A model generated the notes under the pieces. It was not told where the DNA came from. It saw only the letters and a list, made by a program, of their open reading frames with translations, and searched no databases. Below, piece after piece: positions 41,603-51,243 of a stretch of DNA of 64,000 nt. The position numbers and the translations under genes are program-made. Each line of letters opens with the position of its first letter. Position 1 is the stretch's first letter. This DNA is from a bacterium (GTDB lineage: Bacteria; SZUA-182; DTGQ01). The DNA is taken from positions 18,564-82,563 of the forward strand of contig JBFMGO010000002.1 of NCBI GenBank assembly GCA_040752695.1, in the 5' to 3' direction.

Positions 41603-42996
41603 GTCAGGGCGGGCTTAATCTGGCCAAATACCACCGGTCCCTGCAAGGACTGAATCCCATTAAACGGTGTGGCAGGGTCAAAAGAGTCATCGGTCTGGTA
41701 ATCGAGGGGGCAGGCCCTGAGATTCCTCTGGGAGGTATGTGCGAAATCGAAGGTCCGGCGGGAGCGCCGCCGATCAAGGCGGAAGTTGTTGGCTTTCGAG
41801 AGGACAGGGTCTTGATGATGCCCCTTGGAGAAGTGCACGGCATCCAGCAGGGGAGCGTTATCCGGGCGGTGAAGCTGAAAGATGCCGTCAGAGTAGGACC
41901 ACGGCTTCTGGGCAGGGTCATTGATGCTCTGGCCAGGCCTATCGACGGAAAGGGAGAAATCCCCTTGCAGGAGGAGTATCCTTTCTACACCAATCCCTTA
42001 CGGCCTCTGGAGAGGGAGAGGATCTCGCAGCCCCTCGATGTCGGAATCCGGGCTATCAACGGCCTCCTGACCATCGGGAAAGGCCAGAAGATAGGTATTT
42101 TTGCCGGCAGCGGTGTAGGTAAAAGTGTTCTTTTGGGGCAAATGGCCAGAAATACCGAGGCAGGTGTCAATATCATCGCCTTGATTGGAGAGCGGGGGAG
42201 GGAGGTCAGGGAGTTCATCGAGAAGGATCTGGGAGAGGAGGGGCTCAAGCGATCCGTTCTTGTCGTTGCCACTTCGGATGAGTCCCCCCTTTTGCGCAGG
42301 CGGGGGGCCTTTGTAGCCACCACCCTGGCCGAATACTTTCGGGATCAGGGAAATCACGTCCTCATTATGATGGATTCCCTTACGCGCTTTGCCATGGCTC
42401 AGCGGGAAATCGGACTGGCTACGGGAGAGCCGCCTGCCACCCGTGGATACACGCCGTCTGTCTTCGCTTATCTTCCCACGCTTCTCGAGAGGGTCGGAGC
42501 ATCCAGCAGACCACAGAGCCCCTGTGGCGCAGGGAGCCCCTGTGGCGCAGGGAGCCCCTGTGGCACGGGAAGCATCACCGGCATCTATACGGTGCTGGTT
42601 GAAGGAGACGATATGAACGAGCCTGTTGCAGATTCCGCCAGATCGATTCTGGACGGGCATATCGTCCTGTCACGCGATCTGGCTGCCCAAAATCACTATC
42701 CTGCCATTGATATTCTGCACAGTATAAGCCGGGTCATGGGAGACATCACTCATGCGGAGCAAAGAGAGGATGCCCACCGCTTGCTCGAAATGCTGGCGAC
42801 CTACAAGAGAGTCGAAGATCTGGTGCAAATCGGTGCTTATAAGAGGGGGAGCAATCCGAAGGCTGACCGGGCGTTGAGCATGATTGACCCTATCAACGAA
42901 TTCCTCAGGCAGAAAATCGGGGAGAAGGCTGACCTGGACGCCAGTCTCAAAGCTTTGCGCAGCCTGCTTGCTTCCGTGAAGGACACCGCTCGTTAA
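41599..42996 (+). CDS. fliI: Flagellar export ATPase FliI
   Basis: GIFAGSGVGKS, IGERGREV, MDSLTRFAMAQREI, ILDGHIVLSR. Confidence 0.96.
   Translation: MSQGGLNLAKYHRSLQGLNPIKRCGRVKRVIGLVIEGAGPEIPLGGMCEIEGPAGAPPIKAEVVGFREDRVLMMPLGEVHGIQQGSVIRAVKLKDAVRVGPRLLGRVIDALARPIDGKGEIPLQEEYPFYTNPLRPLERERISQPLDVGIRAINGLLTIGKGQKIGIFAGSGVGKSVLLGQMARNTEAGVNIIALIGERGREVREFIEKDLGEEGLKRSVLVVATSDESPLLRRRGAFVATTLAEYFRDQGNHVLIMMDSLTRFAMAQREIGLATGEPPATRGYTPSVFAYLPTLLERVGASSRPQSPCGAGSPCGAGSPCGTGSITGIYTVLVEGDDMNEPVADSARSILDGHIVLSRDLAAQNHYPAIDILHSISRVMGDITHAEQREDAHRLLEMLATYKRVEDLVQIGAYKRGSNPKADRALSMIDPINEFLRQKIGEKADLDASLKALRSLLASVKDTAR
42517..42570 (+). repeat. 18-bp x3 in-frame repeat (SPCGAG)
   Basis: AGCCCCTGTGGCGCAGGG x2 + AGCCCCTGTGGCACGGGA. 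Confidence 0.92.
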
Positions 42997-43004
42997 GCCG
43001 ATAA
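42977..43004 (+). promoter_or_regulatory. Possible sigma28 promoter before fliJ
   Basis: TGAA-N16-GCCGATAA (perfect -10, imperfect -35 and spacing). Confidence 0.3.
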
Positions 43005-43091
43005 AAAAGATAAAAAATCCTGGAGACAGGAATAAGGATTCAGCAGTTCTGGTTTTGTTTTATGACTGCCAGATCTTACCTTTAAAAAACC

Positions 43092-43559
43092 ATGAAAAAG
43101 TTTCGCTTACAATCCATTCTCGAATACCGCCGCAGTCTGGAAGAGGAGATTCAACTGGAATTTGCACAGTCACAGACTCTTTTGGCAAGGGAAATGGAGC
43201 TGAGCTCTAAAATTCAGCACCAGATTGACATCTGGCAGCAGAGGTTACAGAAAAAGCAACATGAAGCAGGGAGCATCTTTGACAGCAGTTATCCGGTACA
43301 GATCGACCTTCTTCAGAAGTTTTTGCAATTTCTGACCGCAGAGGCGAAAAGGCAGGCTGAAAAAGTCCGCTCTCTTGAACTGGCTGCGGATAAAAAGCGG
43401 CAGGCGCTGCTAGAGGCCAGGCAGGAGCGAAAGGTCATGGAAAGGCTGAAAGAAAAGACCCTTGCGCTTTGGGAAAGAGAAATGCTGCAAGAGGAGCAGA
43501 AAATTCTGGATGAAAGAGCCATCAGTCAATACCGGGGGGTGCTGGATGAAGAAGGATAG
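43092..43559 (+). CDS. fliJ: Export chaperone FliJ
   Basis: FRLQSILEYR...ERKVMERLKE...EQKILDE; follows fliI. Confidence 0.88.
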   Translation: MKKFRLQSILEYRRSLEEEIQLEFAQSQTLLAREMELSSKIQHQIDIWQQRLQKKQHEAGSIFDSSYPVQIDLLQKFLQFLTAEAKRQAEKVRSLELAADKKRQALLEARQERKVMERLKEKTLALWEREMLQEEQKILDERAISQYRGVLDEEG

Positions 43560-44280
43560 CATGATGAAAAATTCCCCTGCCCCTTTGAGAAGAGGGGGAG
43601 GAAACACTCGGTCTGGCCGGTCAATGGCCAGGGAAAAACCTTCTGGGACCTTGATGAGGATACTTCTTGGTACAGCCGTGCTTTTTATGGCTCTTTACGC
43701 CTCCTTCATGAGAGGCTCCAAAATGAGCCGCCTGACATGGGCGCAGGAGAATGCAGCGAGTCCTGAGCCGCAATCAGCCTCGCGGTCAGCAGACTCAACA
43801 ACAGCGGCGAAATCCGGCGGCGGGCAGCAGAAGAGCGGGGTCACCTGGGACAGCCTCCGGGAGGTTCAGGAATCCTTGAATAAAAGAGAAGCCAGGATCA
43901 GGGAAAGTGAACAGATGCTGGAGCAAAAAGAACAGCGGATCGCCGGCATCGAGCAGGAGATTGTCAAAAAGATAGAGGAACTCAAGCTCCTGAAGCAGGA
44001 AATTGAACAAATGGGAAAGCAACTGGATGAGCAAAAGGAGCAGCGCATCAAGGAGCTTTCGAAGATCTTCGAGGGGGCTCCTCCGGAAAAGGCTGGCAGC
44101 ATCTTTGCCCAGACTGACGCCTCGACTGCGGCTGCAATCATTATGCGAATGGATAAAAGAAAAGCAGGACGACTCTGGGGATTCGTAGACCCGAAGCTGG
44201 CGGCTGAAATTACGAAGAATATTATAGCCGAAGACGCCAGGGCAAAGAAACTTTCTGACAGACGATCCAGTGGGCAATAA
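43546..44280 (+). CDS. motE: MotE/FlbB-like membrane-anchored coiled-coil protein (MgtE_N-like C-terminus)
   Basis: TM, coiled coil, LSKIFEGAPPEKAGSI...MDKRKAG; follows fliJ; start uncertain. Confidence 0.75.
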   Translation: MKKDSMMKNSPAPLRRGGGNTRSGRSMAREKPSGTLMRILLGTAVLFMALYASFMRGSKMSRLTWAQENAASPEPQSASRSADSTTAAKSGGGQQKSGVTWDSLREVQESLNKREARIRESEQMLEQKEQRIAGIEQEIVKKIEELKLLKQEIEQMGKQLDEQKEQRIKELSKIFEGAPPEKAGSIFAQTDASTAAAIIMRMDKRKAGRLWGFVDPKLAAEITKNIIAEDARAKKLSDRRSSGQ

Positions 44281-44342
44281 GGTATGGCAGTCTGGCAGGG
44301 GTCAGCCCTTAGTAGGTGCAATTTTCAAAAAGGAACAGCCGT

Positions 44343-45107
44343 ATGGACATCGCCACCGTAATCGGAATCGTTTTCGCCTTTGCTCTGGTAGTCGTTGCCA
44401 TGGTCATGGGCGGAAGTGTTTTGATCTTTATCGATATCCCCTCGATATTGATTACCGTCGGAGGGACAATCGGAGTGAGTCTCATGCACTATCCTTTGGG
44501 CGATGTCATGAGCGTAATCAAAGTGGTTAAGCACACCTTTTTCCAAAAGAAGCATGATCCGCAGGAGTTAATCAAAAAAATCATCGAAATGGCTAACATG
44601 GCCCGGAAAGAGGGACTCTTAGCCCTGCAGAATACAGCCAAAAGTCTTGAGGACCCGTTCATGCGGGTAGGAATCCAGGCTTTGGTCGACGGTCTGGAAC
44701 CCGATGCCATCAGGGATATCCTGTCCACCGATGTCGATCAGATGGACGACCGTCATTCCCACGGCGCTGAACTCCTCACCAGTATGGCTGGCTATGCACC
44801 TGCCATGGGGCTCATCGGAACACTGATCGGCCTTGTGCAGATGCTGCAAAATCTCAACGATCCCAGCAAAATCGGCCCCGGTATGGCTGTTGCCCTCCTC
44901 ACTACCTTTTATGGAGCACTTATGGCCAACATGATTTTTCTCCCCTTGAGCGGGAAGCTCAAAACGCGCGGCGCAGAGGAATCCCAGTATCGCCAGATTG
45001 CCCTGGAAGGCATCATCTCCATTTCCGGGGGCGCCAATCCACGCATTATTGAACAAAAACTCCACGCCTTCCTGCCGCCTAAGATGCGGATATCAAGCTT
45101 CAATTAA
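44343..45107 (+). CDS. motA: Stator protein MotA/PomA
   Basis: MDIATVIG, ARKEGLLAL, APAMGLIGTLIGLV, MAVALLTTFYG. Confidence 0.95.
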   Translation: MDIATVIGIVFAFALVVVAMVMGGSVLIFIDIPSILITVGGTIGVSLMHYPLGDVMSVIKVVKHTFFQKKHDPQELIKKIIEMANMARKEGLLALQNTAKSLEDPFMRVGIQALVDGLEPDAIRDILSTDVDQMDDRHSHGAELLTSMAGYAPAMGLIGTLIGLVQMLQNLNDPSKIGPGMAVALLTTFYGALMANMIFLPLSGKLKTRGAEESQYRQIALEGIISISGGANPRIIEQKLHAFLPPKMRISSFN

Positions 45108-45244
45108 TTGTGCCTCAAAATGCATGCACAATTATAATGCTTGCTTTCGGCAGATAAACAGACCAATTGAAAAACAAAAGCTGTCGCCATTACGTAAGGT
45201 ATTGATTTGACAATATATTTTTTCTATTGGTTTTTATGCTCAGT

Positions 45245-45260
45245 CGGCATTAATCTTGCT
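45245..45260 (+). promoter_or_regulatory. Putative sigma54 (-24/-12) promoter upstream of motB
   Basis: CGGCAT-TAATC-TTGCT; GG-N10-GC spacing exact. Confidence 0.55.
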
Positions 45261-45323
45261 GGAATAGAACTCACAGAAAGAGTTTAAAACCTGCTTTTAA
45301 TCGTGAGCTGACGGCCATGAAAA

Positions 45324-46157
45324 TTGAGTAAGAAAAATCATACTATGCACGATGATCCAACGAGAGGTAATTTTTTATCTGAAAAGGGCGATGCAACAAT
45401 CGTGCTGATGACCGCCCTGATGATGCTGCTGATGGCCCTTTTTGCGGTCTTGAACGCTCTGTCGGTGAAAGACGAAAAAAAGGAGCGGGCTGCTCTGGGC
45501 TCGGTTACCGAGAGTCTGGGCGTTCTTCCGGGCGGTATCCGGCCGGAGGTGGGCAAGGATTACCAGCTTGCATCTCCGCCCATTCTGGATGTAGGAGACG
45601 ACCTGGCCAGCAAGGGAATCAGCGTTGAGGCCCTCTACGACCTGATCCTCTCAAGTCCGGGGAAAAAGTGGTACCAGATAATCACCCTGAAAAAGTCAAA
45701 CGAGGGGTTGAATATATCGCTTTCGGATCAAAGTTTTTTTGCTTCGGGGACAGCGGATTTAGTGCCTGAGAAGTTAGCCGTGCTCGATAAAATCGGTGCA
45801 CTCATTCAGAAGTCATCCTGCGATGTTCTCATCAAAGGGCACACGGATGACACTCCCATGAGTTCAGGCACGTCGGGTAGATATAGTTCAAACTGGGAAC
45901 TGTCTGCCGCCAGGGCTATGAATATTCTGAAGCATTTTGTCCGGCAGGGCATCTCCCTCGTCCGTCTGGAAGCTGCGGGCTATGGAGAATACGATCCTCT
46001 TTTTCCCAACGATACGCCGGAGCACCGGGCTTTCAACCGGCGGGTCGAAATCCAGTTGGTTCAAAGAAGAAAAGAGGAAATTTTTTCAAAGGATAGCAAT
46101 AAGGATATCAATGTTCAAGGCTTTCTTTTCAAGATGCGCAACCTCAGGCGAGAGTAG
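45324..46157 (+). CDS. motB: MotB-like stator protein 1 (intact OmpA domain, no TM Asp)
   Basis: GHTDD, NWELSAARA, GYGE..P, NRRVEI; TM reads IVLMTALMMLL; alternative start 45345. Confidence 0.85.
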   Translation: MSKKNHTMHDDPTRGNFLSEKGDATIVLMTALMMLLMALFAVLNALSVKDEKKERAALGSVTESLGVLPGGIRPEVGKDYQLASPPILDVGDDLASKGISVEALYDLILSSPGKKWYQIITLKKSNEGLNISLSDQSFFASGTADLVPEKLAVLDKIGALIQKSSCDVLIKGHTDDTPMSSGTSGRYSSNWELSAARAMNILKHFVRQGISLVRLEAAGYGEYDPLFPNDTPEHRAFNRRVEIQLVQRRKEEIFSKDSNKDINVQGFLFKMRNLRRE

Positions 46158-46187
46158 AAGACAAGAAGTCGGAATCTTAAGGTCAGT

Positions 46188-46913
46188 ATGGCGAAAGAAA
46201 AGAAAAAACAAGAAACTGATCCACAGGCATGGATGTTCAGCTTTTCTGATTTGTTGACGAATATGCTGACCTTCTTTGTGCTGCTCTATTCGATGGGGTC
46301 CATGGACAATCTGACTTTTGAGTACGTTGTGGGTCCTTCACTGCGGGGGGCTTTGGGAATTATCAATCAGGGAGGGCTTACCAGCATAGGAAAGCCCAGA
46401 TTCATGCCGATTTCAGTGCCGCCGACCGAAGAATTCGCTCTCATCGAGGATGCGGTTGTCAAGGCGCTGCTGTCCAGAGGTGATGATCAGTCTAAGGATA
46501 AATCAATGCCGGTTTCTGATAAGTCACAGACAATAGACATATACGCCAATAGTAAATTCGCTCAGATATTATTTCCCGCACAGATTCTTTTTGAAAAAAA
46601 CAGCGCGGAAATTCTACCCCAAATGGCCCGGCATCTTGAGGGGATAGCGGAACTTTTAAAAAAATTCGCCCATCCCGTTCGCATCAACGGCTACAGCCAT
46701 TCGGCCTCTTTGGGGGGATCTGGAGCATCCCTTGAAGTCCTTTCGCTCAAGAGAGCATCGGCAGTTTTACAATTTTTTATCTCCAGAGGGGGACTTGCCC
46801 CTGAACGGTGCAGTATAGCCGGATATGGAGGATTAAGACACGAGGAAAGAAATGGCAAAAGTGAGGATTACGTAGAGGTTTTTATTATTAAGGCAATAAA
46901 TTACCCAATATAA
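46188..46913 (+). CDS. motB: MotB-like stator protein 2 (TM Asp present, degenerate OmpA domain)
   Basis: WMFSFSDLLTNMLTFFVLL; C-terminus GYSH, LSLKRA, EDYVEV. Confidence 0.82.
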   Translation: MAKEKKKQETDPQAWMFSFSDLLTNMLTFFVLLYSMGSMDNLTFEYVVGPSLRGALGIINQGGLTSIGKPRFMPISVPPTEEFALIEDAVVKALLSRGDDQSKDKSMPVSDKSQTIDIYANSKFAQILFPAQILFEKNSAEILPQMARHLEGIAELLKKFAHPVRINGYSHSASLGGSGASLEVLSLKRASAVLQFFISRGGLAPERCSIAGYGGLRHEERNGKSEDYVEVFIIKAINYPI

Positions 46914-47172
46914 AATATATTTAAAAACAATCGGTTTCCATTGCCTAGCTCTTCCGGATGCGACCTTTATTCCGATAGCGACTGTGGACTCATTCTTCCC
47001 TTGAGAGACTGCTCCCTCGAATTCTGTCTTGTGCTGCGTTTGGATGCAATTGCTCTTTTTCGCTCTATTTTACATCTTGTGCATGTTATTTCGTAATCGG
47101 GATCAGCCCTTGATCAGTTGATATTCATCACGGTCGGATTCGACGGCTTTTGCCCCTTTGCAGGAGGGAATC

Positions 47173-47682
47173 ATGGATTTCGGAATGTTGGATAACGCGA
47201 ATGAAAAGGGCTTCTTATCGACCAAGCTCTTGATCATCATCGGTATTGTCGTACTCCTTTTGGCAGGAGGAGGTGTATTCGCCTACCTGAAATTCATGTC
47301 GCCTTCCAAAAATGCCGAAGCTCAACAGCAGCAGGATGCTTCAGCCTCGGAGCCTCAGAATACTGCTGCCGTCACAGGGCCGGGGCCTATTTTTGACCTG
47401 AACACCTTTATCGTAAATCTCATGGGAGAGTCAGGAAGGCGCTACCTGAAGGTCACGATCAAACTGGAATTGAGTAAAGAACCACTGAAAGAGGAGATCA
47501 CCCTGAAGATGCCGGATATTCAGGACAATGTTCTCATTCTCTTGTCCAGCAAATCCTATGAGGATATAGCGGATGTTTCCGGCAAGATGCGTCTGCGTGC
47601 TGAGATTGTGAACCGGATCAACAACATCCTGACCTCAGGTGAGATTCGCAAGGTTTACTTTACAGAGTTTGTCATTCAATAG
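47173..47682 (+). CDS. fliL: FliL
   Basis: TM; FIVNL...RYLKV; VYFTEFVIQ. Confidence 0.92.
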   Translation: MDFGMLDNANEKGFLSTKLLIIIGIVVLLLAGGGVFAYLKFMSPSKNAEAQQQQDASASEPQNTAAVTGPGPIFDLNTFIVNLMGESGRRYLKVTIKLELSKEPLKEEITLKMPDIQDNVLILLSSKSYEDIADVSGKMRLRAEIVNRINNILTSGEIRKVYFTEFVIQ

Positions 47683-47790
47683 CTGTCAGCGGCCGGAGAA
47701 AATCTCCACTGCCCATCCAAAATCCCATGCCGTCGCGGGAAATGAGGAAGAAAAAGAGGGGGAGGGGGGCCGCAAAGAGAGATCTTAAAA

Positions 47791-48786
47791 ATGTCAACCA
47801 ATATGAATGATATCCTGTCACCAGATGAAATAAAGGCGCTCAGCGAAGCGGTTTTCGATGGCAAGGTCGAAACCGAAGATCAGATTTCTCCATCCCAGAT
47901 GGTAGCTGAGCTCGATTTGACCGATAAAAAGACGCTGCCTTCAAGGATGGTGGGTCTTGAGATCGTCAATAACCGCTTTGTCCGTAAATTCAGGGCAACA
48001 CTGTCAACGATGCTGAGGAAAGTGGTGGAAGTCGATATCATTTCCACAAATCACCTGAGCTTTGCAGATGTATCGAAGTCAATTCCTATCCCTTCCTGGA
48101 TCAATCTTCTGCATCTTGATCCTCTGCCCGGATCTCCCTTTCTGGCCTTCGATACCCATCTGGCCACGATTGTCATCGATTACCTGTGCGGAGGAAATGG
48201 TCATATAACCAAGAACTTGAAAAAAGAAGACTTTGGAGCCATTGAACAACATCTGATGACCAAGGTTACCCAGGAAACCATCAATTGTATGGAGGATGTC
48301 TGGAAGATTATTTTGTCTATTAAGATATTTGCCGGCGAGGTGGAATTCGACAGCCGTTACATTACCAGTGTTTCGCATGATGAAATGTTCGTGGTGACCT
48401 ATTTTTCAACCAAAATCGAGGAATCCACCGGCGTTCTCACCTGTGCCTTACCCTATACCACTCTTGAGCCGATCAAGCAGAAGCTGACCAGTACGGTCAG
48501 TAATGATGAGCAAAAAACCAGTTATTCATGGATGAATAATCTGAAAGAGTATCTTCCACAGATCGAGGCTGAAGTCAGTGTGGAGCTGGGGAGGAAAAAT
48601 GTCAGGGTTCGGGATTTACTGACCATGGAGATTGGGGAAATTATCAGTCTCGATCAATTCATCGGAGACGAACTTTTAGTCTACGTAGAAGGAATAACCA
48701 AGTTCAAGGGTTATCCGGGCCACTATAAAGGCAATAACGCCCTCAATATCACTTCGGTTCTCTCTCAGCAAAGGAGAAATACCTGA
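47791..48786 (+). CDS. fliM: FliM
   Basis: ILSPDEIKAL CheY-binding peptide, CheC-like middle, SpoA C-terminus. Confidence 0.9.
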   Translation: MSTNMNDILSPDEIKALSEAVFDGKVETEDQISPSQMVAELDLTDKKTLPSRMVGLEIVNNRFVRKFRATLSTMLRKVVEVDIISTNHLSFADVSKSIPIPSWINLLHLDPLPGSPFLAFDTHLATIVIDYLCGGNGHITKNLKKEDFGAIEQHLMTKVTQETINCMEDVWKIILSIKIFAGEVEFDSRYITSVSHDEMFVVTYFSTKIEESTGVLTCALPYTTLEPIKQKLTSTVSNDEQKTSYSWMNNLKEYLPQIEAEVSVELGRKNVRVRDLLTMEIGEIISLDQFIGDELLVYVEGITKFKGYPGHYKGNNALNITSVLSQQRRNT

Positions 48787-49256
48787 TGCCGGAAAAAACA
48801 CCACCCCCTTCCGCCAGCGACCCTGGAAGGGATTATGAGAATACCGGGAATTATGAAAATACCTTTGATCCGGCGACTGTCAGCGAACAGGGCGGCAGGT
48901 TCGATCCGTCACCCCTGCAGCCGGGAGCACAGTCGCAGAATCATAAGAATGCTCAGCTACGGACTGAAATTTCTGGTCAGGATCAGCAGTATTTTCCCCG
49001 CAACCTGGATTTCATCCTGGACATTCCCCTGGAAATCTCCGTGGAGCTGGGCCGCACCCGGATGCGCATTGCTGATATCCTGAAGCTCGGTCAGGGATCT
49101 ATCATAGAACTCTCCAATCCAGCGGGGAGCGCACTGGAGGTCCTGGTAAATCATAAACCTATCGCCAAAGGTGAAGTAGTTGTCGTTAACGAGAAATATG
49201 GCATCCGTCTAACCGAAATCCTCAGTGTCATGGAGCGAATTGAAAAATTAAGATGA
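48786..49256 (+). CDS. fliN: FliN
   Basis: LDIPLEISVELGR, GEVVVVNEKYGIR. Confidence 0.93.
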   Translation: MPEKTPPPSASDPGRDYENTGNYENTFDPATVSEQGGRFDPSPLQPGAQSQNHKNAQLRTEISGQDQQYFPRNLDFILDIPLEISVELGRTRMRIADILKLGQGSIIELSNPAGSALEVLVNHKPIAKGEVVVVNEKYGIRLTEILSVMERIEKLR

Positions 49257-50113
49257 ATCTTTCTCCCTGGTATCAAACGGTTTGTTATCGATCTTTTTGT
49301 TATCAATGGCCTGTTTATATTATCGACATGCACATGAAAAATCTTGTAAAAAATCTGAAGGCGGCCTTTCAAAAAAATGGAGTAATTTTCCTTTTTTGTT
49401 TACTTACCATATGTTCTTTTTTCGTGTCTCCATCCTGGGCCAAGTCGACAAGAGCTGAATCATCCCGTGCTGGCGTCGGATCAGATAAAGCTGCATCATC
49501 GCCTGCCGCCAGGCGGCTTTTCAACGATGAGGAAACAGGCGGGGAGGAAACAGGCGAGGAAGGTACGAAAGAGTCTCAACCTTCAGTAACCATGGATCTG
49601 CTCAAGGAGAGGTTCAGTGAAAGGTCTGCCAGCCTTGATGCACCATCACAACCTGCCCCTTTCTTCGGTTTCTCTGTACTGAAGGCGGCTCTTTCTCTGT
49701 CCCTGGTTCTGGCCATTATATGGGCCATGAGTTACCTGGTGAAAAAATACTATCTCAGGGGCAATCTCCCCGGGGGGAAATTCATTCGCCTTCTGGACAC
49801 CTGCTCTTTAGGGACCAGGGGGTCTTTGGCCCTGGTCCGGGTTGAGAATCAAACCCTGCTTTTAGGGATCACCGGTCAGGAAATCACCCTCCTGTCCCAG
49901 GTGAATCCAGCGGAGAAAAAAGGGGCGGAAGAAGCAGGAAGCAGGCCAAAAGAGCCTGAAGACTATTCAACGGTCGCTCACAGAGCTGAGCAGTTATCGC
50001 AGCAGCTATCACGCAACACGTTGAAATATCATCCCCTTAAGCCTGAACCGGGCTCTACAGACAGTATTGCCGGAATACTGGAAAGCCGGTTTAAAGGATT
50101 GAAAAAAATATGA
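49253..50113 (+). CDS. fliO: FliO/FliZ-like export accessory protein
   Basis: Second TM then IRLLD...LG...LALVRV...LLLGIT; between fliN and fliP; start may be ~49328. Confidence 0.78.
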   Translation: MNLSPWYQTVCYRSFCYQWPVYIIDMHMKNLVKNLKAAFQKNGVIFLFCLLTICSFFVSPSWAKSTRAESSRAGVGSDKAASSPAARRLFNDEETGGEETGEEGTKESQPSVTMDLLKERFSERSASLDAPSQPAPFFGFSVLKAALSLSLVLAIIWAMSYLVKKYYLRGNLPGGKFIRLLDTCSLGTRGSLALVRVENQTLLLGITGQEITLLSQVNPAEKKGAEEAGSRPKEPEDYSTVAHRAEQLSQQLSRNTLKYHPLKPEPGSTDSIAGILESRFKGLKKI

Positions 50114-50889
50114 AGAATGCCCAAAAGCACCTTCTCATAGGATTATCTTTTTTGCTCCTGCTTTTCACTCCTTACGGGAAAGAAAGAGCGCTGGCACAGC
50201 AGCGAAAGGGGGTCTCCATCCCCAAAATCAGCATTACCATGGATGAGTCAGGCCAGCCGAAAGATGTTGGAACTTCGTTGCAGATCCTTTTCCTTTTGAC
50301 TATTCTCTCTCTGGCTCCAGCCATTTTAATGATGGTCACTTCATTTACCCGGATCGTGGTAGTGCTCTCCTTTTTCAGGCAGGCATTGGGAACGCAGCAG
50401 TTGCCGACCAATCAGATCATTATCGGACTTTCTTTGTTTTTAACCTTTTTCGTCATGTCTCCTATTCTAAAAAAAATCAATGCAGAGGCACTCCAGCCTT
50501 ACCTGAGTCAAAACATTACTCAGGCTGAAGCATGGGAGAAAACCATCACTCCTTTGAGAGAATTCATGTTTCACCAGACCAGGGAAAAAGATCTGGCCCT
50601 TTTCGTGAATCTCGCCAAACTGAAAAGGCCGCGAAAGCCGGCGGACATTCCGACATCGGTTCTTATTCCCTCTTTTATTATCAGCGAGCTCAAGACCGCC
50701 TTTCAAATCGGCTTTTTGATCTATCTGCCTTTTCTTATCGTCGATATGGTGGTCTCTTCGGTACTCCTTTCCATGGGTATGATGATGTTGCCCCCGATCA
50801 TGATCTCTCTCCCCTTCAAACTGATCTTCTTTGTCCTGATTGACGGGTGGAACCTCATGGTGGGCTCTTTAGTGAAGAGTTTTGCGTAA
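50110..50889 (+). CDS. fliP: FliP
   Basis: TSFTRI, SELKTAFQIGF, MGMMMLPP, FVLIDGW. Confidence 0.96.
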   Translation: MKNAQKHLLIGLSFLLLLFTPYGKERALAQQRKGVSIPKISITMDESGQPKDVGTSLQILFLLTILSLAPAILMMVTSFTRIVVVLSFFRQALGTQQLPTNQIIIGLSLFLTFFVMSPILKKINAEALQPYLSQNITQAEAWEKTITPLREFMFHQTREKDLALFVNLAKLKRPRKPADIPTSVLIPSFIISELKTAFQIGFLIYLPFLIVDMVVSSVLLSMGMMMLPPIMISLPFKLIFFVLIDGWNLMVGSLVKSFA

Positions 50890-50965
50890 AGGTGAAGGAA
50901 AAAAGCATGGCCGCGAAAGACCATATGACTACGGCGAAGGAAAAAGGCACGATCACGGAGACACT

Positions 50966-51235
50966 ATGACTACGGAACTGGCAATACAGTTTGTAAACGA
51001 AACCCTGAAAATCGCCCTGCTCATTTCTGCCCCGATGTTGATTTCCGGGCTTATCGGAGGTGTGCTGGTGGCTCTGTTTCAGGCTGTCACCCAGATCCAG
51101 GAGATGACCTTGACCTTTATTCCCAAGGTCCTGGCTGTGGCTGTCGCTCTTTTGCTTTTCTTCCCCTGGATGGTCACGATGCTGAAAGATTTCGCAATCA
51201 GGATTTTTTCGAATATTCCCTTTTATATACGATAG
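50966..51235 (+). CDS. fliQ: FliQ
   Basis: FQAVTQIQEMTLTFIPK. Confidence 0.95.
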   Translation: MTTELAIQFVNETLKIALLISAPMLISGLIGGVLVALFQAVTQIQEMTLTFIPKVLAVAVALLLFFPWMVTMLKDFAIRIFSNIPFYIR

Positions 51236-51243
51236 TTGGAGCT

